NCBI GenBank assembly: GCA_045546415.1 | Contig: JAZQCS010000092.1 | Coordinates: 280 to 64,279, forward strand | Length of the DNA: 64,000 bases | DNA from: Clostridia bacterium | GTDB taxonomy: Bacteria > Bacillota > Clostridia > RUG12999 | Direction: 5' to 3' | In this document: positions 28,727-37,689 of the stretch, piece after piece | Position numbering within the stretch: position 1 is the stretch's first letter | Layout: each line of letters begins with the position of its first letter | Made by a program: the position numbers and the translations under genes | The notes under the pieces: model-generated | Seen by the model: the letters and a program-made list of their open reading frames with translations, nothing else | Databases searched by the model: none | What the model was told of the DNA's origin: nothing

Positions 28727-30082
28727 TTAGTTATATACATCATAAAACGACTCCGAAAGAAAACTTTCTTCCTCGTAATTACAATTCTTTTCTTCTTCCG
28801 TCAGTTCTGGTTCTTTAGTTGACGGTGATATATACTGTAAAGTAAAATATCTTAATGCATCCGGAAGATGAGTTATGTCATGTGGTTCTTTCATACAGTC
28901 TGTAGGTTTTTTTGCATCTCGTTGTAATGCAGGTATGCATTCTATCAATCCACTACAATTACTGAATATTTTAAGTCTGCTGTCTTTTCCCGTATCTGTC
29001 TCATAAACCTGTAACATATCCTTAATAGCCAGCCATCCGGTTTCTCTGTTATTATTACCTTTAATCAACCACAGTCCATTCTCATAAAATAAATCAGCTT
29101 TACTTTTTGCAGACTCCTGAGACCTTGCCCACAAGTCTGATGGAGCAACCGTGTACTCAATTCTTTCATTTTCTCCCGTCATATCATTTATCTCAGAAGC
29201 ACCCACCGAAATCACTTTGTCACTTTGCGCATACTCCTTATACACATAACAGTTATTGAGCTCATCCACAGCCACCCAAACACAAGCAAGACAATCAAGA
29301 CCATAGTCAATAGCCCTGTATTTTTTCCAATGTTCGGGTATTGCAAAGGGTTCTATAACATGAACGTTACGGTTAAATTCGCTGAAATACTGCCCGGCAA
29401 GCATGTCCCAGTTCCCATCTCTCCAGGCTTGCCGCAATCCGTCAGATAAATTGTTCAACATATCAATGTACCCGGGGTCATTTTCAAGCAAAACTGTATT
29501 ATCAAAAACAGTTGCCGGTATAAATTTGTAATCTTCCGGTTTCTCTGTTTCTTTATATTTTTTACTTACAAATAATCGTTTTACCCATTCGTGTCCAACT
29601 CCACCCGGGTTACAAGTCAGATACATTCGTTTCGGAAACTCATTTGCACCACGCAAACACGCCATCAGTGTTTCAAACTGAAATTCGGTAAACTGTGTGG
29701 CCTCGTCAATAATTATGACATCATACTCCTGACCCTGATACTGAAGCACATCACTTTCTGATGCACAATAACCCAATTCAATAATACTTCCATTCGGAAA
29801 ATAAAAACATTTCTCATGGCGAGAATATTTTGCTATTCCTTTCAATAGTGGTTCAAGTACTCTTATATGGTTTCTTTCCAAATCCTTGTATGTTCTTCTG
29901 AGAATAATAATCTTTATTCCTGCAAAGTGTAGTGCCATCAGCGGGGCTTTTCGGTCTATCGCCCATGACTTTCCGCCGCCTCTGGCTCCACCATAAGCAA
30001 TAAACCTTTCTCGCGCCTTGAAAAACAATTTTTGTTTAGGATTCATTGTACTCAAATCAATTGTTTTATCCTGCATATTCAT
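28727..30082 (-). CDS. Terminase large subunit (PBSX/Terminase_3-like)
   Basis: Walker A GGARGGGKSW sits near the N-terminus, with a nuclease-like C-terminal half and a 451 aa length. The ORF overlaps the terminase small-subunit stop. Confidence 0.85.
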   Translation of the reverse strand: MNMQDKTIDLSTMNPKQKLFFKARERFIAYGGARGGGKSWAIDRKAPLMALHFAGIKIIILRRTYKDLERNHIRVLEPLLKGIAKYSRHEKCFYFPNGSIIELGYCASESDVLQYQGQEYDVIIIDEATQFTEFQFETLMACLRGANEFPKRMYLTCNPGGVGHEWVKRLFVSKKYKETEKPEDYKFIPATVFDNTVLLENDPGYIDMLNNLSDGLRQAWRDGNWDMLAGQYFSEFNRNVHVIEPFAIPEHWKKYRAIDYGLDCLACVWVAVDELNNCYVYKEYAQSDKVISVGASEINDMTGENERIEYTVAPSDLWARSQESAKSKADLFYENGLWLIKGNNNRETGWLAIKDMLQVYETDTGKDSRLKIFSNCSGLIECIPALQRDAKKPTDCMKEPHDITHLPDALRYFTLQYISPSTKEPELTEEEKNCNYEEESFLSESFYDVYN

Positions 30083-30563
30083 CTATTCCTTCAGGAAGCT
30101 TAACACTGATTGATATATTTTCTGTTGCCGAATTCTCTGCAAGAGCTTTTTTATCATACAGGGTACCTATTTCGGTTGTTAATGCTCTTATATCAGGAAT
30201 TTGTAACTCCCTTACTTTAGAGAGCAATTGTGCTTTTTCTGCTGCTGTTATTTTCTTTTTACTGCCTAACACTTTCAGCATATTATCAAGTTCATATTCC
30301 TGCATCAGTGCTCTGGTTATCCTTCTTTCTAATAGCCTTAAACTTTTTTCAATAATCCTGGATGCAGTTGTTGCAAACTCTTCCCTTTTTTCCTCACGAA
30401 GTTTTACGAACTCCGGCTCATCCTTGTTTGCTTCTACGATATCCCTCACGGTAGTTACCGGCATATCAAGTTCCCTTGCAGTTTCGCTATAATTGAGTGT
30501 TGTTGCCCAGGAAGACATTATTGCAAATACATCTTCGGGCTTTGTCTTCTTTCCTCTGGACAT
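30066..30563 (-). CDS. Terminase small subunit (HTH-containing)
   Basis: 166 aa with an N-terminal HTH (YSETARELDMPVTTVRDIV), directly upstream of the large terminase. I place the start at ATG 30563 (RBS GAGGTG). The track's GTG start lies inside the RBS. Confidence 0.7.
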   Translation of the reverse strand: MSRGKKTKPEDVFAIMSSWATTLNYSETARELDMPVTTVRDIVEANKDEPEFVKLREEKREEFATTASRIIEKSLRLLERRITRALMQEYELDNMLKVLGSKKKITAAEKAQLLSKVRELQIPDIRALTTEIGTLYDKKALAENSATENISISVKLPEGIDEYAG

Positions 30564-30583
30564 AAATTTCACCTCTTATTTTA

Positions 30584-30925
30584 TTATACTATATTTTTTC
30601 GGGACATTTGGGACAACTTTCTGTAACATATTTTTTTTACACTGGATTCTGTATTGCCACCACCTACAATCATAGCAATTGCCCGCCATGATTTCCCGTC
30701 CACAAATCTTAGTCTGATAATTTGTCTTGCCAAACTATCAGGAATATCCTGAATATATATCTCCGCTCGAAGTCGCTCTGTTTCCAGTTTTTTAATATTA
30801 TCTTCGATAATATGTTTGAGTTCCTGACTCTCCACCGTTTTCCCGTCAATCTCATCAAGTTTTTTTCGCTGATGCCATATTTCTTTTTTAAGCCATCTCA
30901 ACTGAGAAAGTTCTTCAACCGTCAT
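30584..30925 (-). CDS. Phage late-gene transcriptional activator (sigma-70 region 4-like / ArpU-like)
   Basis: The C-terminal RQIIRLRFVDGKSWRAIAMIVGGGNTESSVKK matches a sigma region-4 type HTH. It lies immediately upstream of the packaging genes. Confidence 0.6.
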   Translation of the reverse strand: MTVEELSQLRWLKKEIWHQRKKLDEIDGKTVESQELKHIIEDNIKKLETERLRAEIYIQDIPDSLARQIIRLRFVDGKSWRAIAMIVGGGNTESSVKKICYRKLSQMSRKNIV

Positions 30926-30933
30926 TTTACCTC

Positions 30934-31167
30934 CTATCTGACTGCAGCCGCATTAAGAACTGCAGCTGCAGTCCAGTATATTGCAGTCTTATAATCTTTA
31001 TTAATCACAGAAACAATAGCTGCTCCGACATTCAAAATCACTATACATGCAGGGAATATGTATTTCATAACCCACGCTCCCGCAATGCATTTCGAAGTGC
31101 TTTCCGCTTCTGCCTTGTTTCCTTCCACTTCCGGTTGCGCCACAACCACCATCTTGTGTATATCCAT
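30934..31167 (-). CDS. Small membrane protein (phage)
   Basis: 77 aa with two hydrophobic segments. Confidence 0.45.
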   Translation of the reverse strand: MDIHKMVVVAQPEVEGNKAEAESTSKCIAGAWVMKYIFPACIVILNVGAAIVSVINKDYKTAIYWTAAAVLNAAAVR

Positions 31168-31617
31168 CTACGCATCTTCTTCACCCACCATTTCCTTCAC
31201 AACTTCTTTAATGTCATCAACTTCGACAATCCAGATTAAATTCGCTAAAAAATATGAATGAGCTTTCTTTCTCAACCTCTCCGCAACCTCTTTTACCGCT
31301 TCGGATTTTGCGGTCTGTAACTTCTTATAGGCATCTATAAGTTTTTCATTCATTTTTTGACCGATTTTAACCGCTTCATCATATCTGTCTTTTGCATTAT
31401 CGAAGTTGTTTTTTGTTATTATCAACTCGGACTGCAGCTCTGCAATCTTTGCATCCTTGCGGTTAATGAGGTCATTCTTTTTTATAAGTTCTTCATAATT
31501 ATCTTTTATTGATTTAAGAACCTTTGCAGTAATTTCAACCGTGTTGCTTTCATCGTAACACTCTTCCAAATAAGCACTTATATTTTGAACGGCCGTTTTT
31601 AATTGTTCGTCTGTCAT
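31168..31617 (-). CDS. Coiled-coil phage protein
   Basis: 149 aa with strongly heptad-like K/E-rich sequence. Confidence 0.5.
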   Translation of the reverse strand: MTDEQLKTAVQNISAYLEECYDESNTVEITAKVLKSIKDNYEELIKKNDLINRKDAKIAELQSELIITKNNFDNAKDRYDEAVKIGQKMNEKLIDAYKKLQTAKSEAVKEVAERLRKKAHSYFLANLIWIVEVDDIKEVVKEMVGEEDA

Positions 31618-31629
31618 TTAATCACCGCC

Positions 31630-31920
31630 TTATTGTTCGGTAAGTTCATATAAAGCCTTTTCATAACTGTCGGTCTGTTTGCCTTTGTCTGTCGGCTTAT
31701 ATCCTCTTACAACTACATATCTTTCTTTTGCTTCACTATATCCACTTTCGCAAACACTTGTTATCAGGTCTTTTTCTTTTAATTTTCTTATAATGCTTCT
31801 CACAAAGTTTTGAGAATACCCAAGATGTTCGGAAATTTTAGGAACACTTGTAACTCCAATACAATCGTGTAATTCTAATTCGATACAATTATAGCAAATA
31901 TAATCCATTACTTTTTTCAC
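31630..31920 (-). CDS. Winged-helix DNA-binding protein (phage)
   Basis: 96 aa. GYSQNFVRSIIRKLKEKDLI is HTH-like. Confidence 0.5.
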   Translation of the reverse strand: MKKVMDYICYNCIELELHDCIGVTSVPKISEHLGYSQNFVRSIIRKLKEKDLITSVCESGYSEAKERYVVVRGYKPTDKGKQTDSYEKALYELTEQ

Positions 31921-31923
31921 TTG

Positions 31924-32087
31924 TCAGCACCTCTTTCTTTTGGTGTGCGTGGCTCGTAATATTCACACTTTTCGCAATATTTCTTGTCGTGAATTTCGCC
32001 TGTTAAATCGCAAATAATACGAATGTTTTTATAGCCATTTTTAGCATAAGCAAATCCTTGATGTTTACAGTTTCTTCGTTTTGCCAT
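31924..32087 (-). CDS. Small Cys-rich zinc-ribbon-like protein (unlisted ORF)
   Basis: My own translation gives MAKRRNCKHQGFAYAKNGYKNIRIICDLTGEIHDKKYCEKCEYYEPRTPKERGADK. It fills an otherwise empty gap in a tightly packed operon. Coordinates are approximate. Confidence 0.4.
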
Positions 32088-32090
32088 TGT

Positions 32091-32210
32091 TTACGCCTTC
32101 CTTTTATCTCGCAAATCTGCACATTTCATTTTGTTTGGTAGAAAATATGCACTCGGACAAGCTCCTGAAAAAGCACAATATTTACAAATGCACTCATATT
32201 CACCCATTAT
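32091..32210 (-). CDS. Small Cys-rich protein (unlisted ORF)
   Basis: My own translation gives MGEYECICKYCAFSGACPSAYFLPNKMKCADLRDKRKA. Its start overlaps the stop of the upstream gene (ATGA-type). Coordinates are approximate. Confidence 0.35.
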   Translation of the reverse strand: MMGEYECICKYCAFSGACPSAYFLPNKMKCADLRDKRKA

Positions 32211-32494
32211 GTATCTCTCCTTCCGTCCATTTTTGCACCGCAATAAGGACAGTAATCGTAATCATAGCCTGCATAATTATTACATACAGAACAATTATAA
32301 AAATCCCCGTTACTGTCCCACTCCCCATGCACCACTTCCACAACATCTGCGGTGGAATGATGTTTATGTCCTTTATTAACGGTTACACCATTGTCAATAA
32401 GATAATCTACTGCTTCGTCTATGCTATACATTATTTCGATATAAGGAGCTTCTGACAATATATCTTTTAGTTCCTCTCTTATACTTGCCATCAC
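32207..32494 (-). CDS. Small zinc-ribbon protein (phage)
   Basis: 95 aa with CSVC...CPYC motifs. Confidence 0.5.
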   Translation of the reverse strand: MMASIREELKDILSEAPYIEIMYSIDEAVDYLIDNGVTVNKGHKHHSTADVVEVVHGEWDSNGDFYNCSVCNNYAGYDYDYCPYCGAKMDGRRDT

Positions 32495-32880
32495 CCCTCA
32501 CCGCCTTTCACCTTTTCAAAATAGAACTCTATCGGCTTTTCATTTTCGATGACATTGCCATAAGCAACACCGACTTTGTAAATGTAGTTGTTTCTTAATT
32601 TTCGTGGAATTTCTTGAATGTATATGCGGAACAATTCTAACGGATTTGCTCTCTTGTAATGGTTACACATACGGCAAGAGGGCATAAGGTTTGAAATATC
32701 ATCTGTGCCTTGTTCATTCCAACCTCTTTTTGCTACAAAGTGGTCTACCTGCATATCCTTATACTCTATTTTTCTACCACAATAAGCACATCTGCCGTTG
32801 TATTTCTCATATACCTTTTGCCGTGTTTCCTTGCTTATGCTCATTCCTGCCCACCGCCTTTCTCGGTTGGGCGATACCAT
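32491..32880 (-). CDS. HNH endonuclease
   Basis: CAYCGRKIEYKDMQVDHFVAKRGW...NLMPSCRMCNHYK is an HNH motif with zinc-binding cysteines. Confidence 0.8.
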   Translation of the reverse strand: MVSPNRERRWAGMSISKETRQKVYEKYNGRCAYCGRKIEYKDMQVDHFVAKRGWNEQGTDDISNLMPSCRMCNHYKRANPLELFRIYIQEIPRKLRNNYIYKVGVAYGNVIENEKPIEFYFEKVKGGEG

Positions 32881-33974
32881 TTAATATCAAAGCACAATAA
32901 ACGCTCTGTAAATTTTTGTTCAAATTCAGTTAAAGCCCTTAATAGACTTTTGCGGTTTTTTTCATAGTTGTATTCGCAATACTCTCGAAATGACTTTGTT
33001 TTAAAAAATTGCGGTTGGTTACACCAAGAAGCAATTGCATTATACAATGTTTTATAAGGTGATAAATTGTAGTTTTCGTGCCTCATAACATACGGAAGTG
33101 CCTTATACTTCATAAGGATTAAAATACGCTCAAAAAGTTCCACAATATCTTTAACCCAAAATTCATCAGTATAAGATGAAATATCATTTGGAGTATCGTG
33201 GTTATAGCCACAAAAACAATAAAACTTCGGGATTTTGTCAGTATGCTGACGAATTAACCGTAGTTTCTTTTCAACAATTTTTCGGTCTTTTATATTGTCA
33301 AAAGCGAAAAGATAATCACCTATCCAATTTGAATCAAAAATAACTTCGCATTTTTCGTCAGTGAGTAATCTTTCATCCATACCTTGTTTAAATTGAAATC
33401 TCTTCCCAGTTGCATTAAGTTCTTCAAAAATTCCTTTCCAATCTCGGCAAGACAACACATTATCGTCTAATACGCAAATATATTTTCTATTTGGGTCAAG
33501 AAACTCGGACACTGGACTATGTAATAAGCACTGTTTATAATTCTTATTAACACAAAATGAACACCCTCTTATACAACCTCTCGTAGTAAAACCAATTGAA
33601 TAATCGGTGTAATACTGTAATTTCTTTAATTTAACTCCCAACGATAATTGTTCTTTCACAAAATCATCATACAAATGATAATCGGGCATGCTATGCTCAA
33701 CCTCGTAAGGCAATGGTTGTGCTTTGTCATAATAAAAACCAGTTCCTCCGTGTTCTACCCAAGATAAGTCCAATATTCCGTCTGGAATTTTAGTGTTAGT
33801 AAACACTTTGGAAATAAAAACTTTATCGTAATTTTCAACGGTGTCATAATTCAGCAACAATTCAACAGTATGTCCTTGTGATTTGTACCAAAACGACAGT
33901 TTCATACACGCCAAATTAGGAAAACGATGTTTTTTTCTACCAATTAAATCGGCATCAACAATTCCTATTTTCAT
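32841..33974 (-). CDS. Radical SAM protein with a B12-binding-like N-terminal domain (phage-encoded, unknown substrate)
   Basis: CxxxCxxC at residues ~134-141 (GCIRGCSFCVN). The N-terminal MKIGIVDADL...GHTVELL...KVFIS pattern resembles the flavodoxin-like B12-binding domain of class B radical SAM enzymes. Confidence 0.7.
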   Translation of the reverse strand: MKIGIVDADLIGRKKHRFPNLACMKLSFWYKSQGHTVELLLNYDTVENYDKVFISKVFTNTKIPDGILDLSWVEHGGTGFYYDKAQPLPYEVEHSMPDYHLYDDFVKEQLSLGVKLKKLQYYTDYSIGFTTRGCIRGCSFCVNKNYKQCLLHSPVSEFLDPNRKYICVLDDNVLSCRDWKGIFEELNATGKRFQFKQGMDERLLTDEKCEVIFDSNWIGDYLFAFDNIKDRKIVEKKLRLIRQHTDKIPKFYCFCGYNHDTPNDISSYTDEFWVKDIVELFERILILMKYKALPYVMRHENYNLSPYKTLYNAIASWCNQPQFFKTKSFREYCEYNYEKNRKSLLRALTEFEQKFTERLLCFDIKWYRPTEKGGGQE

Positions 33975-34417
33975 TTCCCCGCACCTTCCTTTTTGCCACC
34001 GACATAAATGTCGGTCTCAATATGCCCATCCACAAGGCTGACGGCTCTTTTTGCTTGCAAGGCTTGTTCAGCTTCTTCTTTGGTGAAATACCACATCTTA
34101 CCTATAAACGGATAAGTAATCTGCATTGTTTTGAAATTGTGTCTGTCTTTATGCCAATAAATATTTATAAACCATTCCTTTCCGTTGTACCCAAGATACA
34201 CAACTTCCCATTTTCTCGGTCTGTTATAGTGAATGTCCCATAACTCTTGCCCTATCTGCACAGGGGGAAGTTTTACTCCGTTTGCAAGAAGGTGGTCGGC
34301 ATATATTCCTAACCACTCTTCAAGTGCTAATGGAAAAGAATTCATTTCTATCACCTTTGTTTTAGCGCCTTTCAACAACTCAACCAATCTATCACGCTGT
34401 TTTTCTCGCTCTGTCAT
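33971..34417 (-). CDS. Hypothetical phage protein, translationally coupled to the radical SAM gene
   Basis: 148 aa. Its stop overlaps the radical SAM start. Confidence 0.5.
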   Translation of the reverse strand: MTEREKQRDRLVELLKGAKTKVIEMNSFPLALEEWLGIYADHLLANGVKLPPVQIGQELWDIHYNRPRKWEVVYLGYNGKEWFINIYWHKDRHNFKTMQITYPFIGKMWYFTKEEAEQALQAKRAVSLVDGHIETDIYVGGKKEGAGK

Positions 34418-34488
34418 TTTATCCTCCTATTGTTCTTGGGGCTTGTACTTTTCGACAACAAGCCCCATAATTTTATTTTTATCGACTG

Positions 34489-36093
34489 TTATTCTTCAAA
34501 AACCTTGAACAGCTTATGCGTTCCGTCCTGAAGCTGCTTTTCTTCATCAGACATTTCATACCCTAACCGGCACAGTACATCGTATATGTAGTCAAGGCGC
34601 TTGTTTTCGTTGTGCCCATAATATGTACGGTATCCCACATCGGGACCGTCAGCCCATAACACATATGCATGGCGCAGCAAAGACTGGTAAGGATTTTTTT
34701 CGACCGTTTTTTCGATTTCCGCAAATTCAATGTTCTTTTCTCCGCCTTCTTTCGTGAATTCACCACGGACATATCTCATATAATATCCGCCACGCCCTTC
34801 TTCAGTCCACTCCTTCTTCATAAGGAATTTTGTCATAGTTCCAATATTATCCTTTGCAGTGCTTTCACTCACACCAAACACAAACTCCCGGCGCAATTCA
34901 TACGCCCTCTTGGTTGCTTCCTTCAGCTGCTCCGTTGCTTTTTCCCTCTTGGCTCTCTTTTTCTCTTCTTCCTTCTGTGTCTCGGTTAATTCTTCTTTCA
35001 CCTTATCCTTGCGGAAATACACCGCACCATAATTAATTGCAAAATACTGCTCGTCACCGTTCAGTTCGAACTCTTCCATAGCATTCAAATCCACAAACGG
35101 CATATAGCTCTTTTCGCACACACTATAACCCCAGCATTTGCCGTAATCAATCTCTTTCAGCCCTGCATCCAGGAAGAACTTCCGCCATTTGGCATTGTTC
35201 TTTGCCCGTTCCTGGTCATCTAAAGCCCTGCGGATTGCATTGTTATAATTCGATGTCCCTATATCATCAAGCAGCTTGTTCCGAAGCTTTATATCCTCCA
35301 CCCGATTCAGCTTGTCCAGGTCCATTAAGGATATCTGCCTCTCCGATGCCGCTTTAAGCTTGTCCTCGTCAAGTTCTGCAAGCTTAACCCTTCTGCGCAC
35401 CGTAGTCTGAGAAAACCCTGACTTTTCTGCAATGTTTTCAATCGTGTCCCCCAAATCAAGCAAAAGCTGAAATCCTTTTGCCTGTTCATAAACCGTCAGG
35501 TCATTTCTCTGAACATTTTCCATGAGCATAACTGTCAGCTGCTCTTTATAATCCATATCAGCAATCCTGCAGGGCAATACTTCAAGCCCGGCACCCTTTG
35601 CCGCTTCAAGTCTACGGTGTCCTATTATTACAGTATATCCGTCAGGCATCCAACCTTTTTCGAGGTTTTTTTCCATCTCGGAGCTAAGCTCCGTTTCCGC
35701 TTCAAGCTTCTTTATTTCAGCCGGTGTCAGATAATGCCCCCTCACCACCGTAAGGTTTTGCATCACACCTTTTACTTTTACACTTTCTGTAAGTTCTTCT
35801 ATGTCCCGGATTTCTTTTCTTGGGTTATCCGGATGTGGAAACAATTCTGTGGCGCTTATGTAGATAAGGCGACCCTGCCGCTTCTGTATTTTTTCATTCA
35901 CATAATTGCCCCAATCCATAGCTACCTTATTTGGGCTTCCAAGTGACTTTATATCTTCTGCACCTTTGCAGCAATCACACTCTTTACCCAACCTGACAAG
36001 AGTAAAATCCTTTCCGATTCCGCCCAAACCGGGAATAGCACCGCAATCCGGACAACATCTTTTTATTTCCCTCGCCGCTTTTTCGTTCAGCAT
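34489..36093 (-). CDS. ParB/Srx-like nuclease domain protein with an N-terminal Cys cluster and a long C-terminal extension
   Basis: The ParB N-terminal domain motif is present (VIIGHRRLEAAKGAGLEVLPCRIADM). An N-terminal CCPDCG...CDCCKG zinc-finger-like segment is present. 534 aa. Confidence 0.75.
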   Translation of the reverse strand: MLNEKAAREIKRCCPDCGAIPGLGGIGKDFTLVRLGKECDCCKGAEDIKSLGSPNKVAMDWGNYVNEKIQKRQGRLIYISATELFPHPDNPRKEIRDIEELTESVKVKGVMQNLTVVRGHYLTPAEIKKLEAETELSSEMEKNLEKGWMPDGYTVIIGHRRLEAAKGAGLEVLPCRIADMDYKEQLTVMLMENVQRNDLTVYEQAKGFQLLLDLGDTIENIAEKSGFSQTTVRRRVKLAELDEDKLKAASERQISLMDLDKLNRVEDIKLRNKLLDDIGTSNYNNAIRRALDDQERAKNNAKWRKFFLDAGLKEIDYGKCWGYSVCEKSYMPFVDLNAMEEFELNGDEQYFAINYGAVYFRKDKVKEELTETQKEEEKKRAKREKATEQLKEATKRAYELRREFVFGVSESTAKDNIGTMTKFLMKKEWTEEGRGGYYMRYVRGEFTKEGGEKNIEFAEIEKTVEKNPYQSLLRHAYVLWADGPDVGYRTYYGHNENKRLDYIYDVLCRLGYEMSDEEKQLQDGTHKLFKVFEE

Positions 36094-36105
36094 TAGCTTT
36101 TCCTC

Positions 36106-36381
36106 CTACACATTATATTTTGCAACATATTGGCCATACGTAAGCCCTTCTGCTCTTGCACGTCGGTTTATTTCACCGATGCTTAAGGGTTTATCCGATT
36201 CCGCTTTTGTAGGTTTAACCGCTTCTTTGTTTTTTCTGTAGCTCAAACCCACTCTATTCGCAACAGCTACTATCCCGGCACGAGGTCTGTCAAGCCTTTT
36301 TGCAACCTCTTCCGCACTGAGAACCCCGGCACACTCACAGATTATTTTAATTTCTTCCTCGGTGTATTTTCTGTTTTTCAT
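36106..36381 (-). CDS. Small HTH DNA-binding protein (phage)
   Basis: 91 aa. LSAEEVAKRLDRPRAGIV is HTH-like. Confidence 0.45.
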   Translation of the reverse strand: MKNRKYTEEEIKIICECAGVLSAEEVAKRLDRPRAGIVAVANRVGLSYRKNKEAVKPTKAESDKPLSIGEINRRARAEGLTYGQYVAKYNV

Positions 36382-36389
36382 AAGTCCTC

Positions 36390-36800
36390 CTAAAATGGCA
36401 AATCCGTATCATTCATATCAGCCTCAGTAAATCCCTGCACCGGACTTTCAGACACCGCAGCAGAGTTTGTCCCGTTTTCTTTTTTGCCAGCAAAGAAAAC
36501 CTCATCTGCAACAACGTCGGTAGCATACCGCTTCTGTCCTGTTTTTAGGTCATCCCAGGAACGCACCTGCAGTCTGCCACTCAGTGCAATAAGCTGACCC
36601 TTGGTAAAATATTTAGCCACAAAATCGGCTGTGTTTCTCCACGCTACGATATTAATAAAATCTGCCTGCCGTTCTTCACCCTGAGCAACATACGAACGCT
36701 CTACCGCAACGGTGAAACTCGCAACACTTACACCCGCAGGTGTATTCCTTAATTCGGGGTCTCTCACCAAGCGCCCCATCAGTACAACTTTATTAAGCAT
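36390..36800 (-). CDS. ssb: Single-stranded DNA-binding protein
   Basis: OB-fold motifs (VVLMGRLVRDPELR) and a Gly-rich tail ending in the acidic DLPF. Confidence 0.85.
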   Translation of the reverse strand: MLNKVVLMGRLVRDPELRNTPAGVSVASFTVAVERSYVAQGEERQADFINIVAWRNTADFVAKYFTKGQLIALSGRLQVRSWDDLKTGQKRYATDVVADEVFFAGKKENGTNSAAVSESPVQGFTEADMNDTDLPF

Positions 36801-36803
36801 TTT

Positions 36804-37130
36804 TTATTCCTTTCTGTATGTAAGTTTTTCAATACTCCAATCCGGATAGAAACTTTTAAGATATTCCCCAAGCTCTTCAAACATTTCCCTGTCCGCTCCT
36901 GAATCAAACTTTTGATGGCACGGCCAGCATAATGTAAGAATATTCTCTTCAATTCCAAGACCACCATGACTTCTACGAATATAGTGTGCGTTGCTGAATG
37001 CAAGGAGATTTTCACTTGGTGCAGGGGTTCCGCAATGAAGACAGCACGGCCAACCATCAAAACTGTCTCGCCGTGCTACCGCTTCCTTAACTTTTTTTGG
37101 TATACTTAAATCTTTAGCTCTCCTGTTCAT
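36804..37130 (-). CDS. HNH endonuclease
   Basis: CCLHCGTP...HYIRRSHGGLGIEENILTLCWPCH is an HNH motif. Confidence 0.75.
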   Translation of the reverse strand: MNRRAKDLSIPKKVKEAVARRDSFDGWPCCLHCGTPAPSENLLAFSNAHYIRRSHGGLGIEENILTLCWPCHQKFDSGADREMFEELGEYLKSFYPDWSIEKLTYRKE

Positions 37131-37683
37131 ATTCCGACCACATCACTTTCATCTTTTCAATTTCTTCCGGTGTTTTTGTTTCTATGCCCAGAGCCTTGGC
37201 ATCCTGTACGATGTTGTCGATAAGTTTTGACATCTGCGCTGTGTTGTACCTGGATGACCCATAATAAAACCGTATTATTTCCCGGTTGCCGTCCTGAGTA
37301 AAATCCACTCGTTCTGTTATCCAGCCGGTGCCAATCATCTCCCAAGCTGTTCTCCTGCGTTCAACCTTTTTAGGCTCAATGTCATCATCATAAAAAACTC
37401 CAATATCTTTAATAGCTTCACGATAAACATCTTCCTTGGTGTGGGTTTCGCCTTCGCCCGTCAGTTTCTGCGCAATCTTGTCACACAATGCCCACATATA
37501 TGAGTTTGCATCTTTGGACCTGCTATTTCGGTGCTTTACTATTTTTATATCTAACCGTTCGGCTTTACGATATCTTTCCCATGCAACCGATGCATTGTTC
37601 TGTCCCTCAATTTCAAAACGTAGGACAGCTTTTTTTGTTTCAAGGTTTAAACCTATCTCCGTCAGTTTCCCGTTTAAATCCAT
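37114..37683 (-). CDS. Hypothetical phage replication-module protein
   Basis: 189 aa between the HNH gene and the replisome organiser. No motif recognised. Confidence 0.5.
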   Translation of the reverse strand: MDLNGKLTEIGLNLETKKAVLRFEIEGQNNASVAWERYRKAERLDIKIVKHRNSRSKDANSYMWALCDKIAQKLTGEGETHTKEDVYREAIKDIGVFYDDDIEPKKVERRRTAWEMIGTGWITERVDFTQDGNREIIRFYYGSSRYNTAQMSKLIDNIVQDAKALGIETKTPEEIEKMKVMWSEYEQES

Positions 37684-37689
37684 ATGATG

